The position numbers and the translations under genes are program-made. Below, one piece after another: positions 1-7,293 of a DNA stretch of 32,000 nt. The DNA lies in assembly GCF_004376175.1 (NCBI RefSeq), contig NZ_SNUY01000002.1:108325-140324 (forward strand), written 5' to 3'. This DNA comes from Halalkalibacterium halodurans. Its GTDB lineage: Bacteria > Bacillota > Bacilli > Bacillales > Bacillaceae_D. Each line of letters starts with the position of its first letter. Position 1 is the stretch's first letter. A model generated the notes under the pieces. That model was not told where the DNA came from. It made no database searches and saw nothing but the letters and a program-made list of their open reading frames with translations.

Positions 1-1
1 G

Positions 2-133
2 CGAAACACGGAAGGGTCTGGGTTAGGACTTGCCATTGCTAAATCGATTGTCGACCTCCATGAAGGATATTTAGACATCGATGTAGATGGGGATTTGTTT
101 AAGGTGATTATTCAGTTGCCGATGACAAATTAG
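2..133 (+). CDS. sensor histidine kinase, C-terminal end only (5' part is outside the window)
   Basis: The frame is open from the window edge to TAG 131-133. The translation RNTEGSGLGLAIAKSIVDLHEGYLDIDVDGDLFKVIIQLPMTN carries the G2-box pattern GSGLGLAI typical of HATPase_c kinases. Confidence 0.7.
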   Translation, partial: RNTEGSGLGLAIAKSIVDLHEGYLDIDVDGDLFKVIIQLPMTN

Positions 134-191
134 AAAGAGAGTTCAGTGGTTTTAAAAATGTATCCCATCTAGATAGAGTAGTCAGAGAAGT

Positions 192-244
192 GCTCCTAAT
201 AGGTAGACAGATAAATAATTTTTTCGCCAATTAGGTGCTTTTTT
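192..244 (+). terminator. possible weak intrinsic terminator after the upstream kinase gene
   Basis: Imperfect inverted repeat GCTCCTAATAGG (192-203) / CCAATTAGGTGC (227-238), with 10 of 12 positions complementary and a 23-nt loop, followed by TTTTTT (239-244). Confidence 0.3.
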
Positions 245-339
245 CGCTTTTAAAGCTCAAGTCTAAGAAAAACGATGACTTCTACCAATAAGTCTAGAGA
301 GTAAGAAGTAAAAAAGTTACCATTATCTTCATTTTTCCG

Positions 340-368
340 TTGCAATTGAGGAAAGTTTCGATTAAGAT
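340..368 (+). promoter_or_regulatory. candidate sigma-A promoter for the leader and bmrCD-like operon
   Basis: TTGCAA (340-345), 17-nt spacer, TAAGAT (363-368), about 40 nt upstream of the leader ORF. Confidence 0.35.
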
Positions 369-409
369 ATAAAGGCATAGAACGAGTAGATGAAAGGAGG
401 TTGCTGATC

Positions 410-508
410 ATGAAAAGAGATCATGGCATGATGGACGTACGACAATTTCATGAAAAGCGTAGCCTCCTGTTAAATATGAATCTTGACGGGATCTCTGGCT
501 GCGCATAG
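410..508 (+). CDS. candidate 32-aa leader peptide (bmrB-like role) upstream of the ABC exporter pair
   Basis: ATG at 410 is preceded by GAAAGGAGG (392-400). It encodes MKRDHGMMDVRQFHEKRSLLLNMNLDGISGCA with stop TAG 506-508. It is followed by hairpins and an intrinsic terminator before the exporter gene. The position matches B. subtilis bmrB (yheJ) ahead of bmrCD. Confidence 0.4.
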   Translation: MKRDHGMMDVRQFHEKRSLLLNMNLDGISGCA

Positions 509-558
509 CAGCTGTTTCGGTTATACAACTGGTTTCCTCATGATTTTTCAAATCATAA

Positions 559-588
559 GGCATCCACGGCTGCGTGGGTGCCTTTTTT
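559..588 (+). terminator. intrinsic terminator / attenuator in the leader of the bmrCD-like operon
   Basis: GGCATCCACG (559-568) pairs with CGTGGGTGCC (573-582) including one wobble pair, then TTTTTT (583-588). It lies between the leader ORF and the exporter start at 756. An AT-rich hairpin ATGATTT/AAATCAT (540-556) lies just upstream. Confidence 0.6.
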
Positions 589-670
589 GTTGAAGAAAAC
601 AGTTGGAATTTTCCCTCTATTCACACGGTTTCATCTACTTGTTTTGAAAAAATAACAGAGGTGATTTGAA

Positions 671-721
671 ATGAAACGAACCATTCAGTTGTTTAAAATG
701 ATGGAGCTAGAAGGCGGTTAG
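671..721 (+). CDS. second possible mini-ORF (16 aa) in the exporter leader
   Basis: ATG 671 has AGAGGTGA (657-664) 6 nt upstream. It encodes MKRTIQLFKMMELEGG with stop 719-721. It is too short to judge by composition. Confidence 0.2.
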   Translation: MKRTIQLFKMMELEGG

Positions 722-755
722 TGTCCGAATAAGAAAAAGGAAGTGAACAATTGTC

Positions 756-2507
756 ATGTTACGAGTTCTTGGTCAATTATCTTGGTTCTTTAAAGAAGAA
801 TGGAAGCGCTACACGATTGCGCTTGTTCTCTTATTAATTGTTGGCATTACCGATCTTGCACCAGCATGGATTTTAGGGCTGGCCATTGACGACTTTCAAA
901 TGGGTCAATTATCGGTTCAATCAGGCCTCTATTATGGAGGAATACTTACTTTAATCACGGTCATCAGTTACGGTCTAACCTTTGTATGGATGTCCAAACT
1001 GTTTGGTGGTGCCTTTGTCATTGAGAGGAAGCTACGCAGTAAATTCATGCGTCATTTATTCAAGATGGACCCGACTTTCTATGAACGGCAGCGAACGGGT
1101 GACTTAATGGCACGAGGAACGAACGATTTAAAGGCGGTATCTAATACAGCTGGGTTTGGCATATTGACACTGATCGATTCAAGTGTGTTTATGTTTACGA
1201 TCTTGATTGCCATGTGCGTGTTGATTGATTGGAAGCTTACCATTGCCGCTGTCCTACCGTTGCCGTTAATGGCGATTATCATTACGGTGCTAGGGAAAAA
1301 AATTCATGGCCGCTTTATGATGGCACAAGATGCGTTTGGCTCTTTAAACGATAAAGTGCTTGAATCGGTTGGGGGATTACGAGTCATCCGTGCGTTCAGT
1401 AAGGAGCGAGCAGATGAAGACCATTTTCGCGAAATGAGCGAGAATGTCTATCAAAAAAACATCCTTGTAGCGAAAACCGATGCGCTATTTGAACCAGCCG
1501 TCAACATAATCGTTGGAATGAGCTATATTATCGGGTTAGGATTTGGCTCCTACTTAGTGTTCCAGCAACAAATTACTCTCGGCCAATTGGTGACGTTTAA
1601 TGTCTATCTTGGGATGTTAATATGGCCAATGTTTGCGATTGGGGAACTAATCAACATTATGCAGCGAGGCAGCGCTTCCCTTGACAGAATAGACGAAACG
1701 TTGCGAGAGCGGGAGGATGTCCCGAATCCTGAGCAGCCAACTAACACGACCGATTTTCAAGATATTCGCTTTCAACAGTTGTCCTTTAAGTACCCTGGCT
1801 CAAAAGGAACGCAATTGAAGCAAGTATCGTTTCAAGTGAATAGAGGTGAGACGCTCGGAATTGTGGGCCGAACGGGCAGCGGGAAAACAACACTTGTGAA
1901 ACAACTATTAAAATATTATCCGATCCATGAAGGGGAAGTGTCGTTAACGGATACAGCTCTTCGTGATATGGAAAAACAACATGTCCGCAAGTGGATTGGT
2001 TACGTTCCACAAGATCATATTCTTTTCTCAAAAACGGTGAAGGAAAACATTTTATTTGGAAAGCAGGATGCGATGGAAGAAGAGCTACAAAAAGCGATTC
2101 GTCTTTCAGCATTTGATCAAGATTTAAGCTTTCTACCAGACGGGTTAGAGACGCTCGTCGGTGAAAAAGGGGTGGCTCTTTCCGGGGGACAAAAGCAGCG
2201 AATTTCAATTGCTCGCGCCCTCATCGCTGATCCTGACATTTTGATCTTAGATGATTCATTGTCAGCGGTTGATGCGAAAACAGAGGCGAAAATAATTGCC
2301 AATATTCGCAAGGAACGTGCAGGTAAAACAACAGTCATTACGACGCATCGTATTTCTGCTGTAGAGCACGCAGACCGAATTCTCGTATTAGACGAAGGCC
2401 GCGTAATCGAAGAAGGGACTCACCAACAGCTGCTCCAAAAAGACGGTTGGTACGCAGAGCAAGCGCGAAGGCAAGCGCTTGATCCAGTAGAGGGGGTGAG
2501 CCCATGA
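756..2507 (+). CDS. bmrC: heterodimeric multidrug ABC exporter subunit (TMD-NBD half transporter), BmrC/YheI-like, with the degenerate ATP site
   Basis: 583 aa with six N-terminal TM segments. Walker A is GRTGSGKTT, the signature is LSGGQKQR, and Walker B is ILILDDS, with Asp (codon 2253-2255, residue 500) where the catalytic Glu normally sits. There is a 4-nt ATGA overlap with the partner gene. Size and order match B. subtilis YheI (about 585 aa). Confidence 0.85.
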   Translation: MLRVLGQLSWFFKEEWKRYTIALVLLLIVGITDLAPAWILGLAIDDFQMGQLSVQSGLYYGGILTLITVISYGLTFVWMSKLFGGAFVIERKLRSKFMRHLFKMDPTFYERQRTGDLMARGTNDLKAVSNTAGFGILTLIDSSVFMFTILIAMCVLIDWKLTIAAVLPLPLMAIIITVLGKKIHGRFMMAQDAFGSLNDKVLESVGGLRVIRAFSKERADEDHFREMSENVYQKNILVAKTDALFEPAVNIIVGMSYIIGLGFGSYLVFQQQITLGQLVTFNVYLGMLIWPMFAIGELINIMQRGSASLDRIDETLREREDVPNPEQPTNTTDFQDIRFQQLSFKYPGSKGTQLKQVSFQVNRGETLGIVGRTGSGKTTLVKQLLKYYPIHEGEVSLTDTALRDMEKQHVRKWIGYVPQDHILFSKTVKENILFGKQDAMEEELQKAIRLSAFDQDLSFLPDGLETLVGEKGVALSGGQKQRISIARALIADPDILILDDSLSAVDAKTEAKIIANIRKERAGKTTVITTHRISAVEHADRILVLDEGRVIEEGTHQQLLQKDGWYAEQARRQALDPVEGVSP

Positions 2508-4528
2508 CCGCAGGAAAACGATTGTATCAATATGCATTAACGAGTAAAAAGACAATTTTGTTTGCGTTGGCTTTGTTAACGGTCAGCGTGGCGGCTGGAT
2601 TAACAGGTCCATTTATTGCGATGACTATCATTGACCGTCATATTACGGGTATCGAGGAGCCATGGTATGAAACGACCGAACAAGCAAAAGCCGTCGAATA
2701 CAATGGGACATGGTACATTCGCGAGACGTACATGCCAGACGATGCACCGAGAGAGCATGAGGTGCAAATTGCGCAAGTTGGCTTGACATTCGTGTTTACA
2801 GAAGAGCCGCTCCCAATGGATGGGGCGAAATCGTACAATGATGGCGTGCTCCGAGTAACAGTAGGAGATGACATGTATGAGACGGAAGCAGTGCCGCTTA
2901 CGACTCAAGAGGTTATGGCATTTTTTACACCAGAAATTCGCCCGATTGTCCAGTTGCTGTTGTTTTATTTTGGGCTGATGGTTGTCGCATCCTTCTTTCA
3001 ATACGGTCAACGCTTTTACTTGCAAAAGGCCGCCAATCGTATCATTCAACGGTTGCGGATCGATCTGTTTAATCATTTGTCGCGTCTTCCTGTACGCTTT
3101 TTTGACAACATGCCAGCAGGGAAGGTCGTCTCACGAATTACCAATGACACGGAAGCCATTCGGGAGCTCTATGTCGCAGTTTTAGCTAATTTTTTTACGA
3201 GTATTATTTACATGATTGGGATCTATATTGCGATGTTTTTGTTAGACGTTCGCCTTGCCTTCATTTGTCTCGGCTTAATCCCGATTCTTGTGTTGTGGAT
3301 TGTGCTTTACCGAAAGTACGCATCGGCGATCAATCATCGAATTCGCTCGAAAATTAGTGAAATCAATGCATCCATGAACGAAAACATTCAAGGGATGAGC
3401 ATCATACAAGCGTTTGTTCGGGAAAAAGATTCTGCTGACACGTTTGATCGTCTGAATGACTCTCATTACCGTGACCAAGTGAAGCTGCTACGCTTGAATG
3501 CCCTTACCGGTCATAACCTTTCATGGGTGTTACGAAACCTCGTATTCGTTGGACTTATTTGGTCGATCGCTGGAACGTCGCTAGGTGCTGGTAGTGCGCT
3601 AACACTTGGTGTTCTCTATGCATTTGTCGATTATGTGAACCGACTGTTTGAGCCAGTTAATCGAATCGTCCATCAACTGCCGAACCTTGAGCAAGCGCGA
3701 GTGGCCGGGGAGCGAGTATTTGAGTTAATGGATAAAGAGGGGACAGAGGTGAGCGATGAAACGATTCCTCGTCCTAAAGGAGATGTCGTGTTCGACAATG
3801 TTAGCTTTGCGTATAAAGAGAACGAGAAGGTTTTGAAAAACTTAACGTTCCATGCCAAGCCTGGGCAAACGATTGGTTTAGTCGGTCATACAGGTTCAGG
3901 AAAAAGCTCGATCATGAATTTGCTCTTCCGTTTTTACGATTGCGATGAGGGGCAAATTCGGATTGATGGGCAAGACATTAAGGAGATCTCGCCACAGGCC
4001 TTGCGTCAGCATATGGGAATTGTGCTTCAAGAGCCGTATTTATTTACAGGAACGGTCGCATCGAACCTATCGTTGTCCAATCCTGCTATTACGCGAGAGG
4101 CGATGGAGGAAGCGCTACGATTAGTAGACGGAGAGCATGTATTTGCCGATTTGGAGCAAGGGTTAGATGAAGAAGTGAAAGAAAAAGGAAGCACCCTCTC
4201 CAGCGGTCAGCGCCAGTTGATTAGCTTCGCTCGTGCCCTTGTGGCAGACCCAGCCATTTTAGTGTTGGATGAGGCGACTTCCAATATTGACTCAGAGACG
4301 GAGGCGATTATTCAGCGCGGGCTGGAGGCGCTAAAGCGCGGCAGAACGACATTTGTCATTGCCCATCGACTATCAACGATCAAAAATGCGGATCAAATCC
4401 TCGTTCTTGATAAAGGAAAGATCATTGAGTCAGGGACTCATGATGAACTAATGGAGCGAGACGGTGCTTATGCGCAAATGTATCATTTGCAAAACCAAGA
4501 GAGGAGTGCTGCAAGTACAGCCGGTTAA
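2504..4528 (+). CDS. bmrD: heterodimeric multidrug ABC exporter subunit, BmrD/YheH-like, with the consensus ATP site and an extracellular insert
   Basis: 674 aa. Walker A is GHTGSGKSS, the signature is LSSGQRQL, and Walker B is ILVLDEATS with the canonical Glu. A roughly 100-aa soluble insert sits between TM1 and TM2 (about 2636-2954), as in B. subtilis YheH (673 aa). Confidence 0.85.
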   Translation: MTAGKRLYQYALTSKKTILFALALLTVSVAAGLTGPFIAMTIIDRHITGIEEPWYETTEQAKAVEYNGTWYIRETYMPDDAPREHEVQIAQVGLTFVFTEEPLPMDGAKSYNDGVLRVTVGDDMYETEAVPLTTQEVMAFFTPEIRPIVQLLLFYFGLMVVASFFQYGQRFYLQKAANRIIQRLRIDLFNHLSRLPVRFFDNMPAGKVVSRITNDTEAIRELYVAVLANFFTSIIYMIGIYIAMFLLDVRLAFICLGLIPILVLWIVLYRKYASAINHRIRSKISEINASMNENIQGMSIIQAFVREKDSADTFDRLNDSHYRDQVKLLRLNALTGHNLSWVLRNLVFVGLIWSIAGTSLGAGSALTLGVLYAFVDYVNRLFEPVNRIVHQLPNLEQARVAGERVFELMDKEGTEVSDETIPRPKGDVVFDNVSFAYKENEKVLKNLTFHAKPGQTIGLVGHTGSGKSSIMNLLFRFYDCDEGQIRIDGQDIKEISPQALRQHMGIVLQEPYLFTGTVASNLSLSNPAITREAMEEALRLVDGEHVFADLEQGLDEEVKEKGSTLSSGQRQLISFARALVADPAILVLDEATSNIDSETEAIIQRGLEALKRGRTTFVIAHRLSTIKNADQILVLDKGKIIESGTHDELMERDGAYAQMYHLQNQERSAASTAG

Positions 4529-4538
4529 TGACATGTAA

Positions 4539-4566
4539 GGGTGTCCCGTGATGGGGCACCCTTTTT
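4539..4566 (+). terminator. intrinsic terminator of the bmrCD-like operon
   Basis: 9-bp stem GGGTGTCCC (4539-4547) / GGGGCACCC (4553-4561), loop GTGAT, then TTTTT (4562-4566). Confidence 0.85.
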
Positions 4567-4646
4567 GTACTATAAATCTTTAACAGGTGATTGTAACCAA
4601 TATAAGAAAAGAAAGAATAAGCGAGTGGGATTTTTGGTATGGTTTT

Positions 4647-4847
4647 TCACCTCCCCATAAACCAAGCTTTCGTATAGTCGAGCCATCCGTATGAATTTAA
4701 GTGAACATCCTGCAATGTTGGTGGATGGTATGCATATTGGCGTAGCCGATAAAGGGGAAGAAGAACGACCTCATCTAATAGTCTTTTTTCCACGGCTTGA
4801 ACGTGGTTAAGTAACACGGTGCGGGGGCTTGACAGTTGATTAAGCAA
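4647..4847 (-). pseudogene. possible C-terminal remnant of a family-5 solute-binding / SgrR-type protein
   Basis: The 66-aa ORF has no convincing RBS. Its start lies inside the hairpin at 4846-4876, abutting the upstream gene. The tail RLLDEVVLLPLYRLRQYAYHPPTLQDVHLNSYGWLDYTKAWF resembles the conserved C-terminus of peptide/nickel-type SBPs, judged from memory of the family pattern. Confidence 0.3.
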
Positions 4848-4876
4848 GACCGAGACAGAAACTTTTGCTCGGTCTT
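4846..4876. terminator. terminator-like hairpin downstream of the 59-aa gene
   Basis: 9-bp stem AAGACCGAG (4846-4854) / CTCGGTCTT (4868-4876) with a 13-nt loop. The T-run is good on the + strand (TTTT 4875-4878) and poor on the - strand. Confidence 0.4.
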
Positions 4877-5056
4877 TTAGCGGTGGAACAATAATAGTTT
4901 TCCGGAACGGATCATGCGGTGGGTGTGCTCCTCATACCCGTGTTCCTTTAGTTTTAGCTCACCTAACTCTTTTGCTTCAGCATCAGATGAAGCTTCAAGT
5001 TGTTCATCAAGAAGTTTTTCTCCTGTTGGATCATACACGGTTAGAAAGTAATTCAT
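4877..5056 (-). CDS. small conserved cytoplasmic protein (59 aa), below the ORF-track cutoff
   Basis: ATG (complement of 5054-5056) is preceded by GGGAGGG. It encodes MNYFLTVYDPTGEKLLDEQLEASSDAEAKELGELKLKEHGYEEHTHRMIRSGKLLLFHR with stop at the complement of 4877-4879. It may belong to the YhzD-like small protein family, but that is a memory-based guess. Confidence 0.6.
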   Translation of the reverse strand: MNYFLTVYDPTGEKLLDEQLEASSDAEAKELGELKLKEHGYEEHTHRMIRSGKLLLFHR

Positions 5057-5203
5057 GTGAAAGCCCTCCCTTGATTTTAGTGTAAAAGGAATCGCTTATA
5101 TAATCAAGAAAAACGTATTTTTCACTTTTGGGATTGCAAAAAAGAATCTTTTGTTATACTGTGTATATAGATATTAACACATAAACAGTGAGGAGGATTG
5201 GGC

Positions 5204-5953
5204 ATGAACGAACGTGAAGTACTTAAACGATTGGTCATGTTTGAGTTAAAAGCAACACCACTGCGTCGATATTTAATGGCTGCTGCTCTTATGGCACTGG
5301 CGATCTATTTTGGATCTGAAATGATGTCATTCTATATGGACGGTCAAGTTTCAATTGGAATTGTCACCTTTTTTGATTGCATTTTTTTGTTTGTCCTTGT
5401 CTATACACCATATGTATTCCGACATAGGCCATTTCAAGTCCAAGAGCTGAAAGGAAACCTCTATGTTTCTCCTTTCTTTATCTTTCTTAAACAAACACCT
5501 CTATCGGAAAAGGTGTTAATTAAAAGTTGGTTTTTTCTTCACTATCTCTTCTATATTTCGGGTACGGTGCTGATATTAAGCGGGATCTATCTATTTTCCG
5601 ATGGGCTTAGACAGGCGGTGCCGATTGGTCAATTTCCGTTTTATCTTATTTCTTTTCTAGCGCTCGGGATGATCATGAGCGGCATGTTTCCAGCAGCAGA
5701 GCCTGGTGCTCTTTATCGAAATAAGCTCGTCATCTGGCTCTATGTAGTTCTCATTTACGGGGGAGCTATTGCGTTTCTAACATTGTTTTCACGGCTGACG
5801 GATGGGAATGGCTTTATCCACTTTATCGTTCATCTGAGTGTAGCTTATCCGCTTGTGACGGCAACGGGGGCTGTGATCTTAGTAGTATTATGCCATCAAT
5901 TGTGGAAACTTGAGTTAAGACGGTTAGGGAGAAAAGTTGATTATCATGTGTAG
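5204..5953 (+). CDS. polytopic membrane protein, first gene of a YtrA-type regulator / ABC ATPase cluster
   Basis: AGGAGG (5191-5196) lies 7 nt before ATG 5204, whereas the track start TTG 5198 is only 1 nt from the SD. It is 249 aa with about 6 hydrophobic segments and no recognisable catalytic motif. Confidence 0.7.
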   Translation: MNEREVLKRLVMFELKATPLRRYLMAAALMALAIYFGSEMMSFYMDGQVSIGIVTFFDCIFLFVLVYTPYVFRHRPFQVQELKGNLYVSPFFIFLKQTPLSEKVLIKSWFFLHYLFYISGTVLILSGIYLFSDGLRQAVPIGQFPFYLISFLALGMIMSGMFPAAEPGALYRNKLVIWLYVVLIYGGAIAFLTLFSRLTDGNGFIHFIVHLSVAYPLVTATGAVILVVLCHQLWKLELRRLGRKVDYHV

Positions 5954-6005
5954 TTCGTGAATGGCTCGAAAAACAACTTAAACCGCTGAAGAGAGGGGGA
6001 GTGAA

Positions 6006-6413
6006 GTGAAGCTTCCTATTAAAATTGAACAAAACAGTCGGTCGCCAATCTATCATCAAATCGAAGAGCAAATTAAAGCATTAATCGTTTCAGGTCATTT
6101 AAATGAAGGGGATCCCCTTCCGTCGATCCGGGCATTGGCAAAGGAAACGGCATGTAGTGTCATTACGACAAGGCGAGCGTATCAAAACTTGGAACAGGAA
6201 GGGTACATCCGAACAACTCAAGGGAAAGGGACGTTTGTTGCAAAGGTTGGAGATGAAATAAAAGAACAGACAAAGTTCTCCACTGTCTATCATACACTTT
6301 CAATGGCAATTGAAACGGGGAGGCGTCATGATTACTCATTCGAGCAGTTGTTAGACATGGTGCATACGATCATTCAGCAACAAAAAGAAAAAGAAGGGAG
6401 AGGGGAAGAATGA
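6006..6413 (+). CDS. GntR-family transcriptional regulator, short YtrA subfamily
   Basis: 135 aa, with a GTG start after GAGAGGGGGAG. The winged-HTH pattern is PIYHQIEEQIKALIVSGHLNEGDPLPSIRALAKETACSVITTRRAYQNLEQEGYIRTTQGKGTFV. The short C-terminal region is typical of YtrA-like members. Confidence 0.85.
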   Translation: MKLPIKIEQNSRSPIYHQIEEQIKALIVSGHLNEGDPLPSIRALAKETACSVITTRRAYQNLEQEGYIRTTQGKGTFVAKVGDEIKEQTKFSTVYHTLSMAIETGRRHDYSFEQLLDMVHTIIQQQKEKEGRGEE

Positions 6414-7108
6414 CATGGGGTTGCCATCACTTAATCAAAAAAGTGGACGCTTCTTTTAGCCTTGGTCCGATTTCCTTTACGCTTGAACCAGGGACGGTGA
6501 CGGCGCTTGTTGGCGATAACGGTTCAGGGAAATCAACGTTTTTCCGCCTGTGGATGGATCTTATCAAAGCCAATCATGGAACGTGGGAGCGGAAGGAAGG
6601 TTGGAAGGAGGATACAGCTTATGTCCCGCAACAGCTAATTGGCATTGAGGCGTTTACACTTGAGGAGTTAGCTTATCTTTATGAAGGGGTGTATGTTAAA
6701 TGGGATCAGAAAACATTTGAGCGGCTTGTGGAAAGCTTTTCTTTACTGATGAAAAAACCGCTTCATTCCCTTTCTGTCGGAATGCAAAAGAAAGCCCTAT
6801 TTAGTATGGCCATTGCTCGAAAGCCAAACCTATTTCTCCTTGATGAACCATTTGCAGGAGTGGATATGGATGGACAAGAGCAAATGAAGGATGAATTGAT
6901 TCGTTATTTAACCGGACATGAGCAAGCGACTGTGCTTTTCGCTACTCATTCTGCGCAAGAAGTGAAAGAATTAGCAGATTACTTGTTGGTGCTTCATCAA
7001 GGTCAAATGCTCGGTTTCTATGAAAAGGACCGGCTATTATCTTCATGGGGGCGCTTCTGGCTTGAAGGAAATGCATCATTAAAAATGAGGAAAACGTCGT
7101 ATCTATGA
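6410..7108 (+). CDS. ABC transporter ATP-binding protein (YtrB-like), apparently truncated by a frameshift
   Basis: ATGA overlap with the regulator gene. Walker A is GDNGSGKST, the signature is LSVGMQKK, Walker B is LFLLDEPFAGVD, and the H-loop is ATHS. The reading frame ends right after an A5 run, and the expected C-terminal domain continues in the -1 frame. Confidence 0.8.
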   Translation: MTWGCHHLIKKVDASFSLGPISFTLEPGTVTALVGDNGSGKSTFFRLWMDLIKANHGTWERKEGWKEDTAYVPQQLIGIEAFTLEELAYLYEGVYVKWDQKTFERLVESFSLLMKKPLHSLSVGMQKKALFSMAIARKPNLFLLDEPFAGVDMDGQEQMKDELIRYLTGHEQATVLFATHSAQEVKELADYLLVLHQGQMLGFYEKDRLLSSWGRFWLEGNASLKMRKTSYL

Positions 7109-7263
7109 AAATAGCAGGTACGAGAATAGAAATAATAACGAGCGATGCTCTTCGTTTTGAGGAACAAATAGCAGCTGCTGCTCTTGAGAAAGTGGAGACA
7201 CAACCGCTCGAGCTACACGAAATTGTTCGCTTGCTGAAAAAAAGAAACGTATCTGTGTCCTAG
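7105..7263 (+). CDS. detached C-terminal domain fragment of the YtrB-like ATPase (52 aa)
   Basis: ATGA overlap with the preceding stop. It encodes MKIAGTRIEIITSDALRFEEQIAAAALEKVETQPLELHEIVRLLKKRNVSVS, which resembles the small C-terminal domain of this ATPase class. The same frame is open back to 7066. Confidence 0.5.
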   Translation: MKIAGTRIEIITSDALRFEEQIAAAALEKVETQPLELHEIVRLLKKRNVSVS

Positions 7264-7293
7264 TTCGTATTGAAAGAAAAAAGGAGAATGCTA

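Noticed and set aside
2600-3076. 158-aa and 78-aa ORFs antisense to bmrD, plus several 60-140 aa ORFs antisense to bmrC
   Set aside because: They are shadow ORFs within well-supported ABC exporter genes and lack an RBS.
7079-7087. Programmed -1 ribosomal frameshift at TTA AAA ATG
   Set aside because: A single Lys-tRNA slip on A AAA A is conceivable. However, there is no full X XXY YYZ heptamer and no obvious downstream stimulatory structure. A 1-nt homopolymer deletion or a sequencing error is the simpler explanation. The observation is kept as a finding, but not as programmed recoding.
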